DNA of 52,473 bases. It comes from an uncultured Alphaproteobacteria bacterium (GTDB taxonomy: Bacteria; Pseudomonadota; Alphaproteobacteria; Geminicoccales; Geminicoccaceae). How positions within the stretch are numbered: the stretch's first letter is position 1; every line of letters begins with the position of its first letter. The stretch lies in contig CALBAK010000064.1 of the NCBI GenBank assembly GCA_937926445.1, positions 1 through 52,473 on the forward strand, given 5' to 3'. A program made the position numbers and the translations under genes. The notes under the pieces are model-generated. The model was not told the origin of the DNA, did no database searches, and saw nothing but the letters and a program-made list of their open reading frames with translations. Positions 1 to 9,478 of the stretch are shown piece by piece.

Positions 1-1325
1 GCCGGCCGGTCCGGCTTCGCGACCTTGGCGCCCATGGCGGTCGGGAAGGCGTAGCCGCAATTTCCGAAGCTCATCGCGGCGAAGAAGGATGGTGCTTCGT
101 CGAACTCGAGGTAGCTGTTTGCGACCGAGCAGACATTGCCGATGTCGGTCGTGACCATGCTGCCCTTGGGCAATGCGCGCGCCAGTTCTCGAAGCGCCCG
201 CCGGGGGGCGATCGGCGAGCCCGATGCGGAGGAAATACTCTCGAGCTCCTGGGCCCAGGCCCGCTTCTGCTGCTCCACTTCCGCGAGCCGCTCCGCCGCA
301 TTGGCCCGCGCCGCGATAACGACATTGCCTTGCTCGAGGCGCCGCAGGATCTCGCGCGCCGCACCCTTGGCATCACCGTGTACCGCGACGTCGACGTCTT
401 TCACGAGCCCGAGGACGCGATGATCCGCGTCCACCTGGATGATCTTGGCTCCCTTCGGCCAGTACTCGATGCCGTATTGCGGCAGAGTCCCGAACGGTCC
501 GAGCCGCGAGCCCAGGACGAGGACGACGTCGGCCTGGGCGAGGATGCGCATCGCCGCCTTCGAGCCCTGATAGCCGAGGGGTCCACAGGCCAGCCGGTGC
601 GAGGCCGGGAAAGCATCGTTGTGCAGGTAAGAGCAGACGACCGGCGCCTCGAGATGCTCGGCGAGGGCCACCGCTTCTCGCTGACCGTCCGACATGATCA
701 CGCCGCCGCCCGCCAGGATCACCGGGAACCGCGCGGCGGCGAGCAGGGCGGCGGCCTCGTCCAGGCTCTCGGGCGAGCCCGCGGCTCGACGCACGACGAT
801 CGGCGTCGGGATCGTGTAGTCGAACTCGCCGTAGAAATAGTCCCGCGGGATGTTCACTTGCGTCGGCCCCCGCTCGAGGAGTGCGAGCTGGAAGGCCCGA
901 TGGGTGAGTTCGGCAATCCGCTCGGGACGGTTCACGTGCGCCTGGTAGCGCGTGATCTTGGAGAAGATCGGCAGCTGTTCGGTCTCCTGGAAGCCGCCGA
1001 GGCCGATCGTCATCGAGCCCGTCTCGGGGGTGATCGCGACCACCGGGCTGTGCGCCCAATAGGCGGCGGCGATCGCTGTCACGAAGTTGGTGATACCGGG
1101 CCCGTTCTGGGCGATGCAGACACCGTGGCGGCCGGACGCCCGGCTGTAGCCATCCGCCATGTGGGCCGCGTTCTGCTCGTGGGCGACCGACCAGAAGCGG
1201 ATCCCGGCGGCGGGAAAGATGTCGAGCGCGTCCATGTAGGCCGAGCCCACGATCCCGAATACGTCGGTCACGCGGTGTGCCACGAGGGTCTCGACGAACG
1301 CTTCGGACGGCGACATCCGCGTCAT
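1..1325 (-). CDS. xsc: sulfoacetaldehyde acetyltransferase-like TPP enzyme (Xsc), 3' end cut by window edge
   Basis: Reverse translation from ATG at 1323-1325 gives MTRMSPSEAFVETLVAHRVTDVFGIVGSAYMDALDIFPAAGIRFWSVAHEQNAAHMADGY..., then GPGITNFVTAIAAAYWAHSPVV...NIPRDYFYGEFD...LGYQGSKAAM. This is collinear with Xsc/acetolactate-synthase-family TPP enzymes. No stop before position 1, so it is absent from the ORF track. Confidence 0.7.
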   Translation of the reverse strand, partial: MTRMSPSEAFVETLVAHRVTDVFGIVGSAYMDALDIFPAAGIRFWSVAHEQNAAHMADGYSRASGRHGVCIAQNGPGITNFVTAIAAAYWAHSPVVAITPETGSMTIGLGGFQETEQLPIFSKITRYQAHVNRPERIAELTHRAFQLALLERGPTQVNIPRDYFYGEFDYTIPTPIVVRRAAGSPESLDEAAALLAAARFPVILAGGGVIMSDGQREAVALAEHLEAPVVCSYLHNDAFPASHRLACGPLGYQGSKAAMRILAQADVVLVLGSRLGPFGTLPQYGIEYWPKGAKIIQVDADHRVLGLVKDVDVAVHGDAKGAAREILRRLEQGNVVIAARANAAERLAEVEQQKRAWAQELESISSASGSPIAPRRALRELARALPKGSMVTTDIGNVCSVANSYLEFDEAPSFFAAMSFGNCGYAFPTAMGAKVAKPDRP

Positions 1326-1481
1326 CGCTGAACCTCCCTTCTCCCCGCGCGATGGGCTTGGCACGATCGCAGCCGTTCGCCAAGAGGCCCTTCGGCCCGC
1401 CGCCGGCGCCGCCGACCGGCTGGTCGGCCGGCCGCGACGACGGCATGCGCGCAGCGGCGATGCCCGGGGAGGAGAAAGCTT

Positions 1482-2405
1482 GTGCGACCGCTGTTCATCG
1501 ACTGCCCGCCCTTCTTGAAGCAGCTCTACGAGGAGGGTCTCTCGGGCATCGTCCCCGACCTCGAGGTCCATGTCGGTGATCCGGTCGGCGACGAGCTCGT
1601 CGCCCTTTGTGTCGGTCGCAGCCATATCCTGAACGATCACAGCCGTTTCACGGCTGCGATCCTGGAGCGGTGCCGGGATCTCCGCTGTATCGTGTTCCTC
1701 GGCACGGGCGCCAGCAGCTTCATCGACCTTGAGGCGGCCGCGCGGCTCGGCATTACCGTCCGCAGCTACAAAGGCTACGGCGATCGCAGCGTCGCGGAGC
1801 ACGCTTTCGCGCTCATGCTGGCGGCCGCCCATCGCGTGGCCGAGATGGATCGCGACGTCCGGGCCGGCCGCTTCGAGCCCAAGAACAGTATCGAGCTTCT
1901 CGGCAAGACGATCGGCGTGATCGGCACGGGTGGCATCGGGCGAGAGATGATCCGCATGTGTGCCGGGATCGGCATGAAGGTCCTCGCTTGGAACCGTTCG
2001 GGGATGCCTGCGGGCCTGCCCTGCGAGGCAGCGGACCTCGACGATCTCCTGCGTCGCGCCGACGTGGTGTCGGTCCACCTCGCACTCAACGAGGGCACCC
2101 GCGGCTTGTTGAGCCGAGAGAAGCTCGCGCTGATGAAGCCGGGGGCGATTTTCGTGAACACGGCGCGCGGTGCGATCGTTGACGAGGCGGCGCTGATCGA
2201 GGCCCTGCGCGAGGGACGGATCGGTCACGCCGCCCTCGATGTCTTCACCGAGGAGCCCCTGCCGGCCGACAGCCCGTTGCGCGGCCTCGCCAACGCGACC
2301 CTGACCCCGCACGCGGGTTTCATGAGCCGCGAGGCCTCGATCAACCTCCTCCGCATGGCGCTCGAGATCCTGCGCGAGGAACTCGCGCGTGGCCGAGCTG
2401 GGTAG
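1482..2405 (+). CDS. D-isomer-specific 2-hydroxyacid dehydrogenase, NAD-binding
   Basis: Track ORF 307 aa. Rossmann motif GKTIGVIGTGGIGREM, catalytic region HLALNEGTRGLL and VNTARGAIVDEAAL. GTG start with GGAGGAG RBS 8 nt upstream. Divergent from xsc. Confidence 0.8.
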   Translation: MRPLFIDCPPFLKQLYEEGLSGIVPDLEVHVGDPVGDELVALCVGRSHILNDHSRFTAAILERCRDLRCIVFLGTGASSFIDLEAAARLGITVRSYKGYGDRSVAEHAFALMLAAAHRVAEMDRDVRAGRFEPKNSIELLGKTIGVIGTGGIGREMIRMCAGIGMKVLAWNRSGMPAGLPCEAADLDDLLRRADVVSVHLALNEGTRGLLSREKLALMKPGAIFVNTARGAIVDEAALIEALREGRIGHAALDVFTEEPLPADSPLRGLANATLTPHAGFMSREASINLLRMALEILREELARGRAG

Positions 2406-2494
2406 CCTTTCGAAGAAAGGGTCGCCGATCGGTCGCGAGACGATCGCCGGCCCGTTCTGGCCCCGCTCCGTCGAACGAGCGAGGAGCGGAGGCC

Positions 2495-3858
2495 ATGCGA
2501 AGGTTCGTTCCGAGTTCGTTCGTCGGCGTTCTGCTCGCGACCGCGCTCGCAAGTTCGATCGCCGCGGGCGAGAAAGTGAAAACGACGTATGTCGGTGACG
2601 CCGTTCTGCCCGCGGCGAGCTTTCTTCCGCCCCCGCGTGACGCCGGCCGCGGCTTCGTGGTGTCGGGGCGGTTCGCGGCCGTGCCGAACCGGCGGGTCGA
2701 GGAGATCGCCTCGGTCGAGGGCAAGTCGTTCCTCGATGGTCGAACGACCGGTATCGCCCTTCCGTTCGTCGGGCAGCCGGTGCAGGGTTTTTTTCCGGCA
2801 TCGAGACCTTGGCACGCGACCGCTATCGCGTACTGATCGACAACGGCTTCGGCAGCAAGGGCAACTCGCCCGACGCGCTCCTCTCGTTCCACGAGGTCGC
2901 GATCGACTGGCAGAGCGGTCGAGTTCGGCGCGACAAAACCGTGTTCCTGCACGATCCGAACAAGGTGATCCCCTTCCGAATAGTGAACGAATTCAGCGAA
3001 GAACGCTATCTCACCGGCGCCGACCTCGACGTCGAATTGATCCAGACCGTGGGCGATCTGCACTGGATCGGGGACGAGTTCGGACCGTACCTGATCGCGG
3101 CCGATCGCAACGGCAAGATCGTAGCGTTCGTCGAGACGCAGATCGACGGGAAGGTCGTTCGCTCGCCAGACCACCATGCCATCGGCACGCCCGCGACCCC
3201 GGGCCCGGTTCGGTTCGAAGTACGGCGCTCCCGCGGCTACGAGGGCATGGCCGCCTCGCCGGATGGGCGCTCTCTCCAAGCGATGCTGGAAGGTCCGATC
3301 TATCTCGGCGATCCGCCCGCCGTCGAAACGGCGAACGGCAAGGAGGTGCTTCGGATCCTCGAATTCGACATCCGGGCTCGAAAGTGGAATGGGACGATTT
3401 GGAAATACGCACTCGAGGTCGCTGGTACCAACATCGGCGACTTCAACATGATCGACGCTGCGCGCGCTCTGCTCGTCGAGCGCGACAACGCCAAAGGCGA
3501 CCCGCGGCTCCTCTGCAAGCTGGAGCAGACGTCGGGATGCTTCCCGAAAGTGGCCGATTTCAAACGAGTCCACTTGATCAACATGGCACAGGTGAACGAC
3601 GCCGGTCTCGTCGAAAAGGTGACCCATGTCGATCTGCTCGACATCTGCGACCCCAAAGGCATCGCCAAGGCCGGCACGATCGACGGGCGCTTCGCCTTCC
3701 CCTTCGTGACGATCGAGAACGTCGACATCGTGGACGAGCGCCACATCGACGTCGTCAACGACAACAATCTGCCCTTCTCGACCGGCCGCCTGCCGAACAC
3801 GCAAGACGCCAACGAGTACGTCTTGCTCGACGTCGGCGACCAGCTCGCCCGCCGCTGA
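2495..3858 (+). pseudogene. secreted esterase-like activity of phytase family protein (phytase-like beta-propeller), frameshifted
   Basis: Track ORFs 2495..2836 (signal peptide MRRFVPSSFVGVLLATALASSIAAG) and 2809..3858 are consecutive parts of one protein in different frames. A run of 7 T at 2788-2794 separates them. An 8th T would read ...PVQGFFSGIETLARDRYRVLIDNGFGSKG... continuously. Confidence 0.55.
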
Positions 3859-3917
3859 GCCGAGGATCGGAGGCGAAGCTTCGGGGCGCGGTCCGCCGCG
3901 CCCCTTTTTCCTTTTTT

Positions 3918-5795
3918 TCAGACCGTCGCCGAGCGTCCTTCGAGTGCTTCGATCTCGGCCTCGGCCTCGAGCCAGCGGGCCTCCGCCGCGGCGATCCGCT
4001 CGGCGAGCTCGGCGAGTTCGCGGTGGCGCGCGGCGACCAAGGCGCCGTCGCGATAGATGCGGTCGTCGGCGAGCTCCTCCTCGATCGCCAGGCGGCGGGC
4101 GTGCAGCTTCTCGAGCTCGCGCTCGGCCTCGCGTGCCCGCTGGCGAAGGGGCGCGAGCCGGCTGCGCCGCTCGGCCGCTCCGCGCCGCCCGCCGGTATCG
4201 TGGGGCGCCGTCGCGGGCTCTTGCTGGCGTGGCTCGGCCGAAGTCTCGAGCAAGAGTCGGCGATAATCTTCGACGTCGCCGTCGAAGGTGCGGACCCGAC
4301 CGTTGGCGACGAGCCAGAGACGATCGGCGGTCGCCTCGATCAGGTGACGGTCGTGACTGACGAGGATCACCGCGCCCTCGAAAGCGTTGATCGCCTCGAC
4401 CAGGGCCGCACGCGAATCGATGTCGAGGTGATTGGTCGGTTCGTCGAGGATCAGGAAGTTGGGGGGCTCGAGGCAGACGAGGGCGAGCGCCAGACGGGTG
4501 CGCTCGCCGCCCGAGAGATGGCGGGCCGGCGTCGTCGCCCGCTCCTGGACGAGGCCGAAGCGCGCGAGCCGCTCGCGGAGGCTCTGCTCGCTCTCCCGCG
4601 GCAGATGCCGGGAGACATGCTCGAGAGCGGTCGCTTCCGGGTCGAGCTCCTCGAACTGATGCTGGGCGAAGAAGCCCACGACCAGACCGCGAGCTCGAGT
4701 GACCGTGCCGGCCATGGGCTCGAGCCGGCCCGCCAGGAGTTTGGCGAAGGTGGACTTACCGTTACCGTTGGCGCCGAGTAGCGCGATCCGGTCGTCGGGA
4801 TCGATCCGCAGATCGAGCCGGTCCAGAACGACGGTCGAGCCGTAGCCGACCCGAACGTTCTTGAGCGTGATCAGGGGGGGCGCGGGAACGCGGCCCGCGG
4901 GCAGGCTGAAATGTACCTCGGGCTCGACCAGCGCCTGCGCCACCGGCTCCATGCGGGCCAGCATCTTGAGCCGGCTCTGGGCCTGGCGGGCCTTGCTCCC
5001 CTTGTAGCGGAATCGCTCGACGAAGGCTCGGATCCGGGCCCGCTCGGCCTCCTGGCGGGCGCGCAGCTTGGCGGCCCGCTCGAGCTTGGCCGCCCGCTGG
5101 CGTTCGAACGCGTCGTAGTTGCCGGCGTAGACGGTGAGACGCCCGCCCTCGAGATGGCAGACGCGCTCGGCAACGCCGTTCAAGAGGTCGCGGTCGTGAC
5201 TTACCAGGAGGAGCGTGCGGGGATAGGTGCGGAGATAGGACTCGAGCCACAGCGCCGCCTCGAGGTCGAGATGGTTGGTCGGCTCGTCAAGCAGAAGAAG
5301 GTCCGGCTCGAGGAACAGCACGCCCGCGAGCGCGACCCGCATGCGCCAGCCGCCCGAAAAGCTGTCGAGCGGCCGTGCTCGGGCCGCCTCGTCGAAACCC
5401 AGGCCTTGGAGGATCCGGGCGGCACGAGCCGGTGCCGCACTCGCCCCGATCGTCCGCAACCGCTCCTCGATCTCCACGAGTCGGTCCGCCGCGGCGCGCT
5501 CGCGTTCGGCCAGGAGGGCCGTGCGCTCGCGGTCGGTGGCGAGCACCGCCTCGAGGGGGGTGATAGTCCCGCCGGGCGCCTCCTGGGCCACCGTGCCCAC
5601 GCGTACACCCGCACGCAGGCGGACGGTGCCGGAATCGGGTTGGAGCTCGCCCGCGATCAGCCGCAACAGGCTCGTTTTGCCCGTACCGTTGCGGCCCACG
5701 AGCGCCATCCGCGCTCCGGCCGGAAGGTGCAGCGACGCGCCCGAAAGCAGCGGCCGGCCGGCGATCCGCAGCGTCACGGCGACGAGATCGAGCAT
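3918..5795 (-). CDS. ABC-F family ATPase (Uup-like: two ABC domains plus C-terminal coiled coil)
   Basis: Track ORF 625 aa. Two Walker A motifs (GRNGTGKTSLL, GANGNGKSTFA), two signature motifs (LSGGWRMRVALA, LSGGERTRLALA). No transmembrane domain. Ala/Glu/Arg-rich coiled-coil tail. Confidence 0.8.
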   Translation of the reverse strand: MLDLVAVTLRIAGRPLLSGASLHLPAGARMALVGRNGTGKTSLLRLIAGELQPDSGTVRLRAGVRVGTVAQEAPGGTITPLEAVLATDRERTALLAERERAAADRLVEIEERLRTIGASAAPARAARILQGLGFDEAARARPLDSFSGGWRMRVALAGVLFLEPDLLLLDEPTNHLDLEAALWLESYLRTYPRTLLLVSHDRDLLNGVAERVCHLEGGRLTVYAGNYDAFERQRAAKLERAAKLRARQEAERARIRAFVERFRYKGSKARQAQSRLKMLARMEPVAQALVEPEVHFSLPAGRVPAPPLITLKNVRVGYGSTVVLDRLDLRIDPDDRIALLGANGNGKSTFAKLLAGRLEPMAGTVTRARGLVVGFFAQHQFEELDPEATALEHVSRHLPRESEQSLRERLARFGLVQERATTPARHLSGGERTRLALALVCLEPPNFLILDEPTNHLDIDSRAALVEAINAFEGAVILVSHDRHLIEATADRLWLVANGRVRTFDGDVEDYRRLLLETSAEPRQQEPATAPHDTGGRRGAAERRSRLAPLRQRAREAERELEKLHARRLAIEEELADDRIYRDGALVAARHRELAELAERIAAAEARWLEAEAEIEALEGRSATV

Positions 5796-5813
5796 CGCGC
5801 GTCCGGCGGTCCA

Positions 5814-6875
5814 CTATCGCCCGGCCTCGGGCAGCCGCATCTGGTCGAGGAGATCCGACGCCCTGAGCGTCGCGACACCGGTCGTCGCCAGAAGCGGCGG
5901 CAAAGCCAGCCATTCCAGAGTCCAAGCGGCCCCGGACCGTTCGTTCTCGTGCACCATCGCCTGGTGGACCGCGCCCGCGAGGCTCGCTGCGTAGCGAGCC
6001 AGCGCCACGAGCACCTCGGCTGCCACGGGGTTGACCTTGTGCGGCATCGCCGAAGAACCGCCGCCCACGACGAAGAGCTCGGCGACCTCGTCTTGGGCCA
6101 GGAGCGCCACGTCCTGCCCGAACTTGCCGAGCGAGCCCGCGACGAGCGCGAGCCAGCCGGCGAGTTCGCCGAAGCCGTCCCGCTCGCTGTGGGTCGCCCG
6201 CTCGGCGCGTTTGAGCCCGAGCGCGTCGGCAACCGCATCGGCGATCACTCGGGCCTTCGGACCGAGGGCCGCCCGATCGCCGACCGCACCGCCGAGCTGT
6301 AGGAGAAGGAGCCGCGGGCGCAGCTCGGCCAGCCGTTCGCGATGCCGCACCAGGGGTTCGCGCCAGGATGCGAGTTTGTGCGCCCAAGAGACGGGCTCGG
6401 CACGCCGCATCCGGGTGCGGCCCACGAGCCGCCGGGCGCCCCAGAGCTCCTCGAGCGCGGCGAGACGGCCGATCAGGGCTTCGAGTCTCCGGTCCAGAAT
6501 GGCGAGCGCCCGCCGGAGCCGCACCAAGAGTGCCGTGTCGATCAGGTCCTGGCTCGTCGCCCCCTTGTGAAGATGGACGGCGTGCGGCTCACCAACCGCG
6601 GCGCGGAGCTGGCGCACGAGTTCGGGAACGAGCACCCCGTCGCGGGCCGCGCCGGCTACGAGCCGGTCGCGGTCCGGGTGGAACCGGCCACAGGTCGCCT
6701 CGATCGCGTCGGCCGCCGCGGCCGGGATCAGGCCGGCATCGGCCTCGGCGCGGGCGAGCGCCGCCTCGAAGCGCAGCATTGCCTCGAGTTCGGCCTCGAA
6801 GGAGAGGGCTTCGGCGATGTCCGGATCACCCAGGAGCCCGCCGAGTACCGGATGGTCGAACGCGCAGACGCTCAC
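5814..6875 (-). CDS. class II fumarate-lyase family protein, likely 3-carboxy-cis,cis-muconate cycloisomerase (PcaB-like)
   Basis: GTG at 6873-6875, in frame with track ORF 5814..7511, gives VSVCAFDHPVLGGLLGDPDIAEALSFEAELEAMLRFEAALARAEADAGLIP..., typical of a PcaB N-terminus. Lyase signatures GATSQDLIDTALLV and GGSSAMPHKVNP. The track ORF extends upstream through a tRNA gene, which is an artefact. Confidence 0.65.
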   Translation of the reverse strand: MSVCAFDHPVLGGLLGDPDIAEALSFEAELEAMLRFEAALARAEADAGLIPAAAADAIEATCGRFHPDRDRLVAGAARDGVLVPELVRQLRAAVGEPHAVHLHKGATSQDLIDTALLVRLRRALAILDRRLEALIGRLAALEELWGARRLVGRTRMRRAEPVSWAHKLASWREPLVRHRERLAELRPRLLLLQLGGAVGDRAALGPKARVIADAVADALGLKRAERATHSERDGFGELAGWLALVAGSLGKFGQDVALLAQDEVAELFVVGGGSSAMPHKVNPVAAEVLVALARYAASLAGAVHQAMVHENERSGAAWTLEWLALPPLLATTGVATLRASDLLDQMRLPEAGR

Positions 6876-6930
6876 GGGAACGGATCCTGAACCGAGCCGA
6901 CGGGCGTGGTGCACGAACGACCGCGCGGAC

Positions 6931-7007
6931 TGGCGCGCCCGAGAGGACTCGAACCTCTGACCTTTAGCTCCGGAGGCTAACGCTCTATCCAGCTGAGCTA
7001 CGGGCGC
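6931..7007 (-). tRNA. tRNA-Arg (anticodon CCG)
   Basis: Reverse complement GCGCCCGTAGCTCAGCTGGATAGAGCGTTAGCCTCCGGAGCTAAAGGTCAGAGGTTCGAGTCCTCTCGGGCGCGCCA folds as a cloverleaf: 7-bp acceptor stem, GGTTCGAGTCC T-loop, anticodon loop CTCCGGA, encoded CCA. Confidence 0.9.
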
Positions 7008-7160
7008 CCGCGGTAGATATACCTGGCGGGGCCGCCCTCGCCAAGCGCTCCGTCGACGTCGGATCGCCGTTCGCATCCCTCGGGCAGGCTGCGACGGCGG
7101 CAGGACTTGAGGAAAGGTCGCTGCCCTGGCAGCAAGCGGGCCGGCGAGGGGAGCGATCGC

Positions 7161-7406
7161 ATGGCCGATCAGGTGTTTCTGGTGAACGACCGCGAGGTCG
7201 TCCTGACCACCCAGCGGCACGTCCGCTGCGACGGCGACGGACCGCTCGGCCATCCCCGCGAGTTCATGACGCTCGAGCACGCCGAGGAGGTGGTCTGCAA
7301 ATATTGCGGGCGCCGCTTCGTCCGAGCCGACGGCGCCCTCGCCGAAACGGTTCGCCGCGAGGGTCAGCTTCTGACCCCGGGCGAGGCTTCCGGCCGGGGT
7401 AGGTAG
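7161..7406 (+). CDS. zinc-finger (zf-CHCC, NDUFS6-like) domain protein
   Basis: ATG at 7161 with GGGGAG RBS. MADQVFLVNDREVVLTTQRHVRCDGDGPLGHPREFMTLEHAEEVVCKYCGRRFV carries the C-x-H...C-x2-C pattern of small alphaproteobacterial zf-CHCC proteins. The 3' end overlaps the convergent MATE ORF. Confidence 0.6.
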   Translation: MADQVFLVNDREVVLTTQRHVRCDGDGPLGHPREFMTLEHAEEVVCKYCGRRFVRADGALAETVRREGQLLTPGEASGRGR

Positions 7407-8742
7407 CGGCGGATCAGGCCACCCGTCGCCAACGCTCCGGCCCACGAGATCAGCGGCACGGCGAGCGCGACACCCGAAAAGCCCAGCCCGAGCGCGACGT
7501 CGAGCGACCAAAACACGAGGGGCGGTACCACGATGTGCCGGCCGATCCCCACGAGGAGCGCCGGAAGCGGGCGTCGAAGCCCCTGCAGAACCCCCGCACC
7601 GAGGATCACGACGGCATAGGCCGGGAAAGCCAGGACCACGATCCCGAGATAGAGCGCACCGAGTTCGCGAACAGCCGGATCGTCGGTGAAGACCGCGAGG
7701 AGCGGGGAGCGCGCGAGATAGACGAGGAGTGCGCCTGCGCTCATGAGCCCCACGCCGATCGCGAGGGCGACGCGGACACTCTCGACCACACGATCCGGCT
7801 TTCCCGCTCCGAGATTGCGACCGACCAGAGCGACAGTCGCCGCATTGAGCCCGAGTGTGGGCAAAAGGACGAGCTGCTCGATCCGCAACGCCACGCCTTA
7901 GGCCGCCACCGCTGCCGGGCCGTGGCGGGCGGCGAAGGCCGTGACGATCGCCAGACCGACGCCTGTCGCCATCATCGTCACGGTGTTGGGGACGACCTGG
8001 CGAAGCACGCGGGAAGCGCGCGAGCGGCAGGGCACGATATCGCGTAGGCCAAGTCCGCGGGCGAGGGCCGTGCGTCCTGCCCGCCAGCCCAGCCAGGCGA
8101 GCTGGGCCGTCTGAACGACCAGATGCGAGGCGGCGACGCCTACGACTCCGAGCGGAGGGAGAGAGCCCGCTCCGTACATCAGGAGGGGAACCAGGCCGGC
8201 GTTGACGAGCGTGGCCGAGGCCACGGCGTCACGCAGACTGCGGGTGTCGCCTTGGGCCGTGAGCGCGGCGTTCACCACTGCCGCAAGGAGGAAGAGCGGG
8301 CCCACGGCGAGGAGGGGCACGATGTAGGCGACGACCTGCTCGCATACGACATCCCGCGCGCCCAGCAGCGCCGCCAGGATCGGCGCACCGGCCGAACCGG
8401 TGAGCGCCACGATCAGGCCCGCGAGTCCGGCAAGAAGCAGCGCCTGCCTCCAGAGCCGGCGGGCCTCCCCGTCTCGCCGACACCCAGAGTATGGGCGAGG
8501 AGCGCGGCCGTTCCCTGGCCGAAGCCGAAGCTCGCGGCGATGATCACGAAGAAGATCGGAAAGGCGGTCGCCACCGCTGCGAGGGCTTCGGTCGACCAGC
8601 TCGCCGCCCAATAACTGTTGGTCATGTTGAAGACGGTCTGCAACGCCATGGCGGTGGCCGAGGGCAGGGCGAGCCGGCGGACGAGCGTGGGGATCGGGGC
8701 CCGGGTGAGCCAGTCCGCTCCGCCGCGCTCCGGCCCGCTCAA
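7364..8742 (-). pseudogene. MATE family efflux transporter, disrupted (frameshift plus in-frame TAA)
   Basis: Three pieces read as MATE. The N-terminus LTRAPIPTLVRRLALPSATAMALQTVFNMTNSYWAASWSTEALAAVAT is in the frame of track ORF 8413..9264. The middle (...RQALLLAGLAGLIVALTG...HGPAAVAA) and the C-terminus (ALRIEQLVLLPTLGLNAATVALVGRNLGAGKP...) share a frame but are split by TAA at 7898-7900. The frame switches near 8461-8475. Confidence 0.6.
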
Positions 8743-9404
8743 AGGACGCGCCAGCCCTGCTCCCAGAGTCGCTCGCCACCCACGAAGGCCCGAGCATTGT
8801 CGCCGCGCCGGGCGCCGGCGGGCAAAGGCTCGAGGCGGCGTACATTGCCGCCCCCGAGGACCACCTCGTCCGCGACCATGGCGGCCTTGAGGCGCGCCAC
8901 GACGTCCGCCACGGCGGCCGCCCAGCGCTTCTTGCCGAGACGTTTCAGCCCGCGCGTTCCGACCCAATCCTCGAACGTCCGCTTGCGGCGGTAGGGCAGG
9001 TGCGCGAGCTCGAGCCCGAGCACGAGCCCCTCGACCACGAGCGCCGCGCCGAGCCCGGTCCCGAGGCCCAGGAAAAGCATCTTGCCGCCCTCCCACGAGC
9101 CGAGGGCCTGCATGGCCGCGTCGTTGGCCACGCGCGTGGGCAAACCGAACGCCCGGGTGAGGTCGAAGGCGAGCCAGCCCCCGCCGAGATTGACCGGCTC
9201 GTCGATGAGCCGCCCGTTCTTGACCGGACCGGGTACGCCCACGCTCACGCGGTCGAACCGCCAATCGGCGGTGGCGGCGCGGACCCGCTCGACCATCGTA
9301 CCGGGCCGCAGATCCGGGCCCGAGGGAACGCGGCGGATCTCCGGGCCGGTAGAGAGCTTGAGCTTGACATTGTTGCCGCCCACGTCGACCACGAGCACGG
9401 CCAT
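8739..9404 (-). CDS. ROK family kinase, polyphosphate glucokinase-like
   Basis: ATG at 9402-9404 (residue 138 of track ORF 8739..9815). MAVLVVDVGGNNVKLKL...VSVGVPGPV...ANDAAMQALG...LGLGTGLGAALV...VVLGGGN matches the ROK/PPGK pattern. The rest of the track ORF overlaps the upstream gene. Confidence 0.55.
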   Translation of the reverse strand: MAVLVVDVGGNNVKLKLSTGPEIRRVPSGPDLRPGTMVERVRAATADWRFDRVSVGVPGPVKNGRLIDEPVNLGGGWLAFDLTRAFGLPTRVANDAAMQALGSWEGGKMLFLGLGTGLGAALVVEGLVLGLELAHLPYRRKRTFEDWVGTRGLKRLGKKRWAAAVADVVARLKAAMVADEVVLGGGNVRRLEPLPAGARRGDNARAFVGGERLWEQGWRVL

Positions 9405-9478
9405 CGCGCGATCCCGTCCAGCCGCGGACCGCGCCGGGTTATCGAGCGCCGAGAACGGGCGGGCAAGAGCGGCCGGTG

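Noticed and set aside
373-1446. 357-aa minus-strand ORF overlapping the xsc region.
   Set aside because: Frame offset from the real Xsc frame. The translation is Arg/Gly/Pro repeats with no family features. The Xsc frame (ending at the window edge) explains the region.
2341-3804. 487-aa minus-strand ORF antisense to the phytase-like gene. Similar long antisense ORFs occur at 2589..4781(+), 4911..6302(+), 14550..16166(+), 17020..19086(-), 22626..24119(+), 25106..27238(+), 26714..28123(-), 35050..37284(-), 37525..38928(+), 43953..45275(-), 49782..50468(-).
   Set aside because: Arg/Pro/Gly-rich, low-complexity translations typical of the wrong frame or strand in about 70% GC DNA. Each overlaps a gene with clear family similarity and GC3 bias on the other strand or frame.
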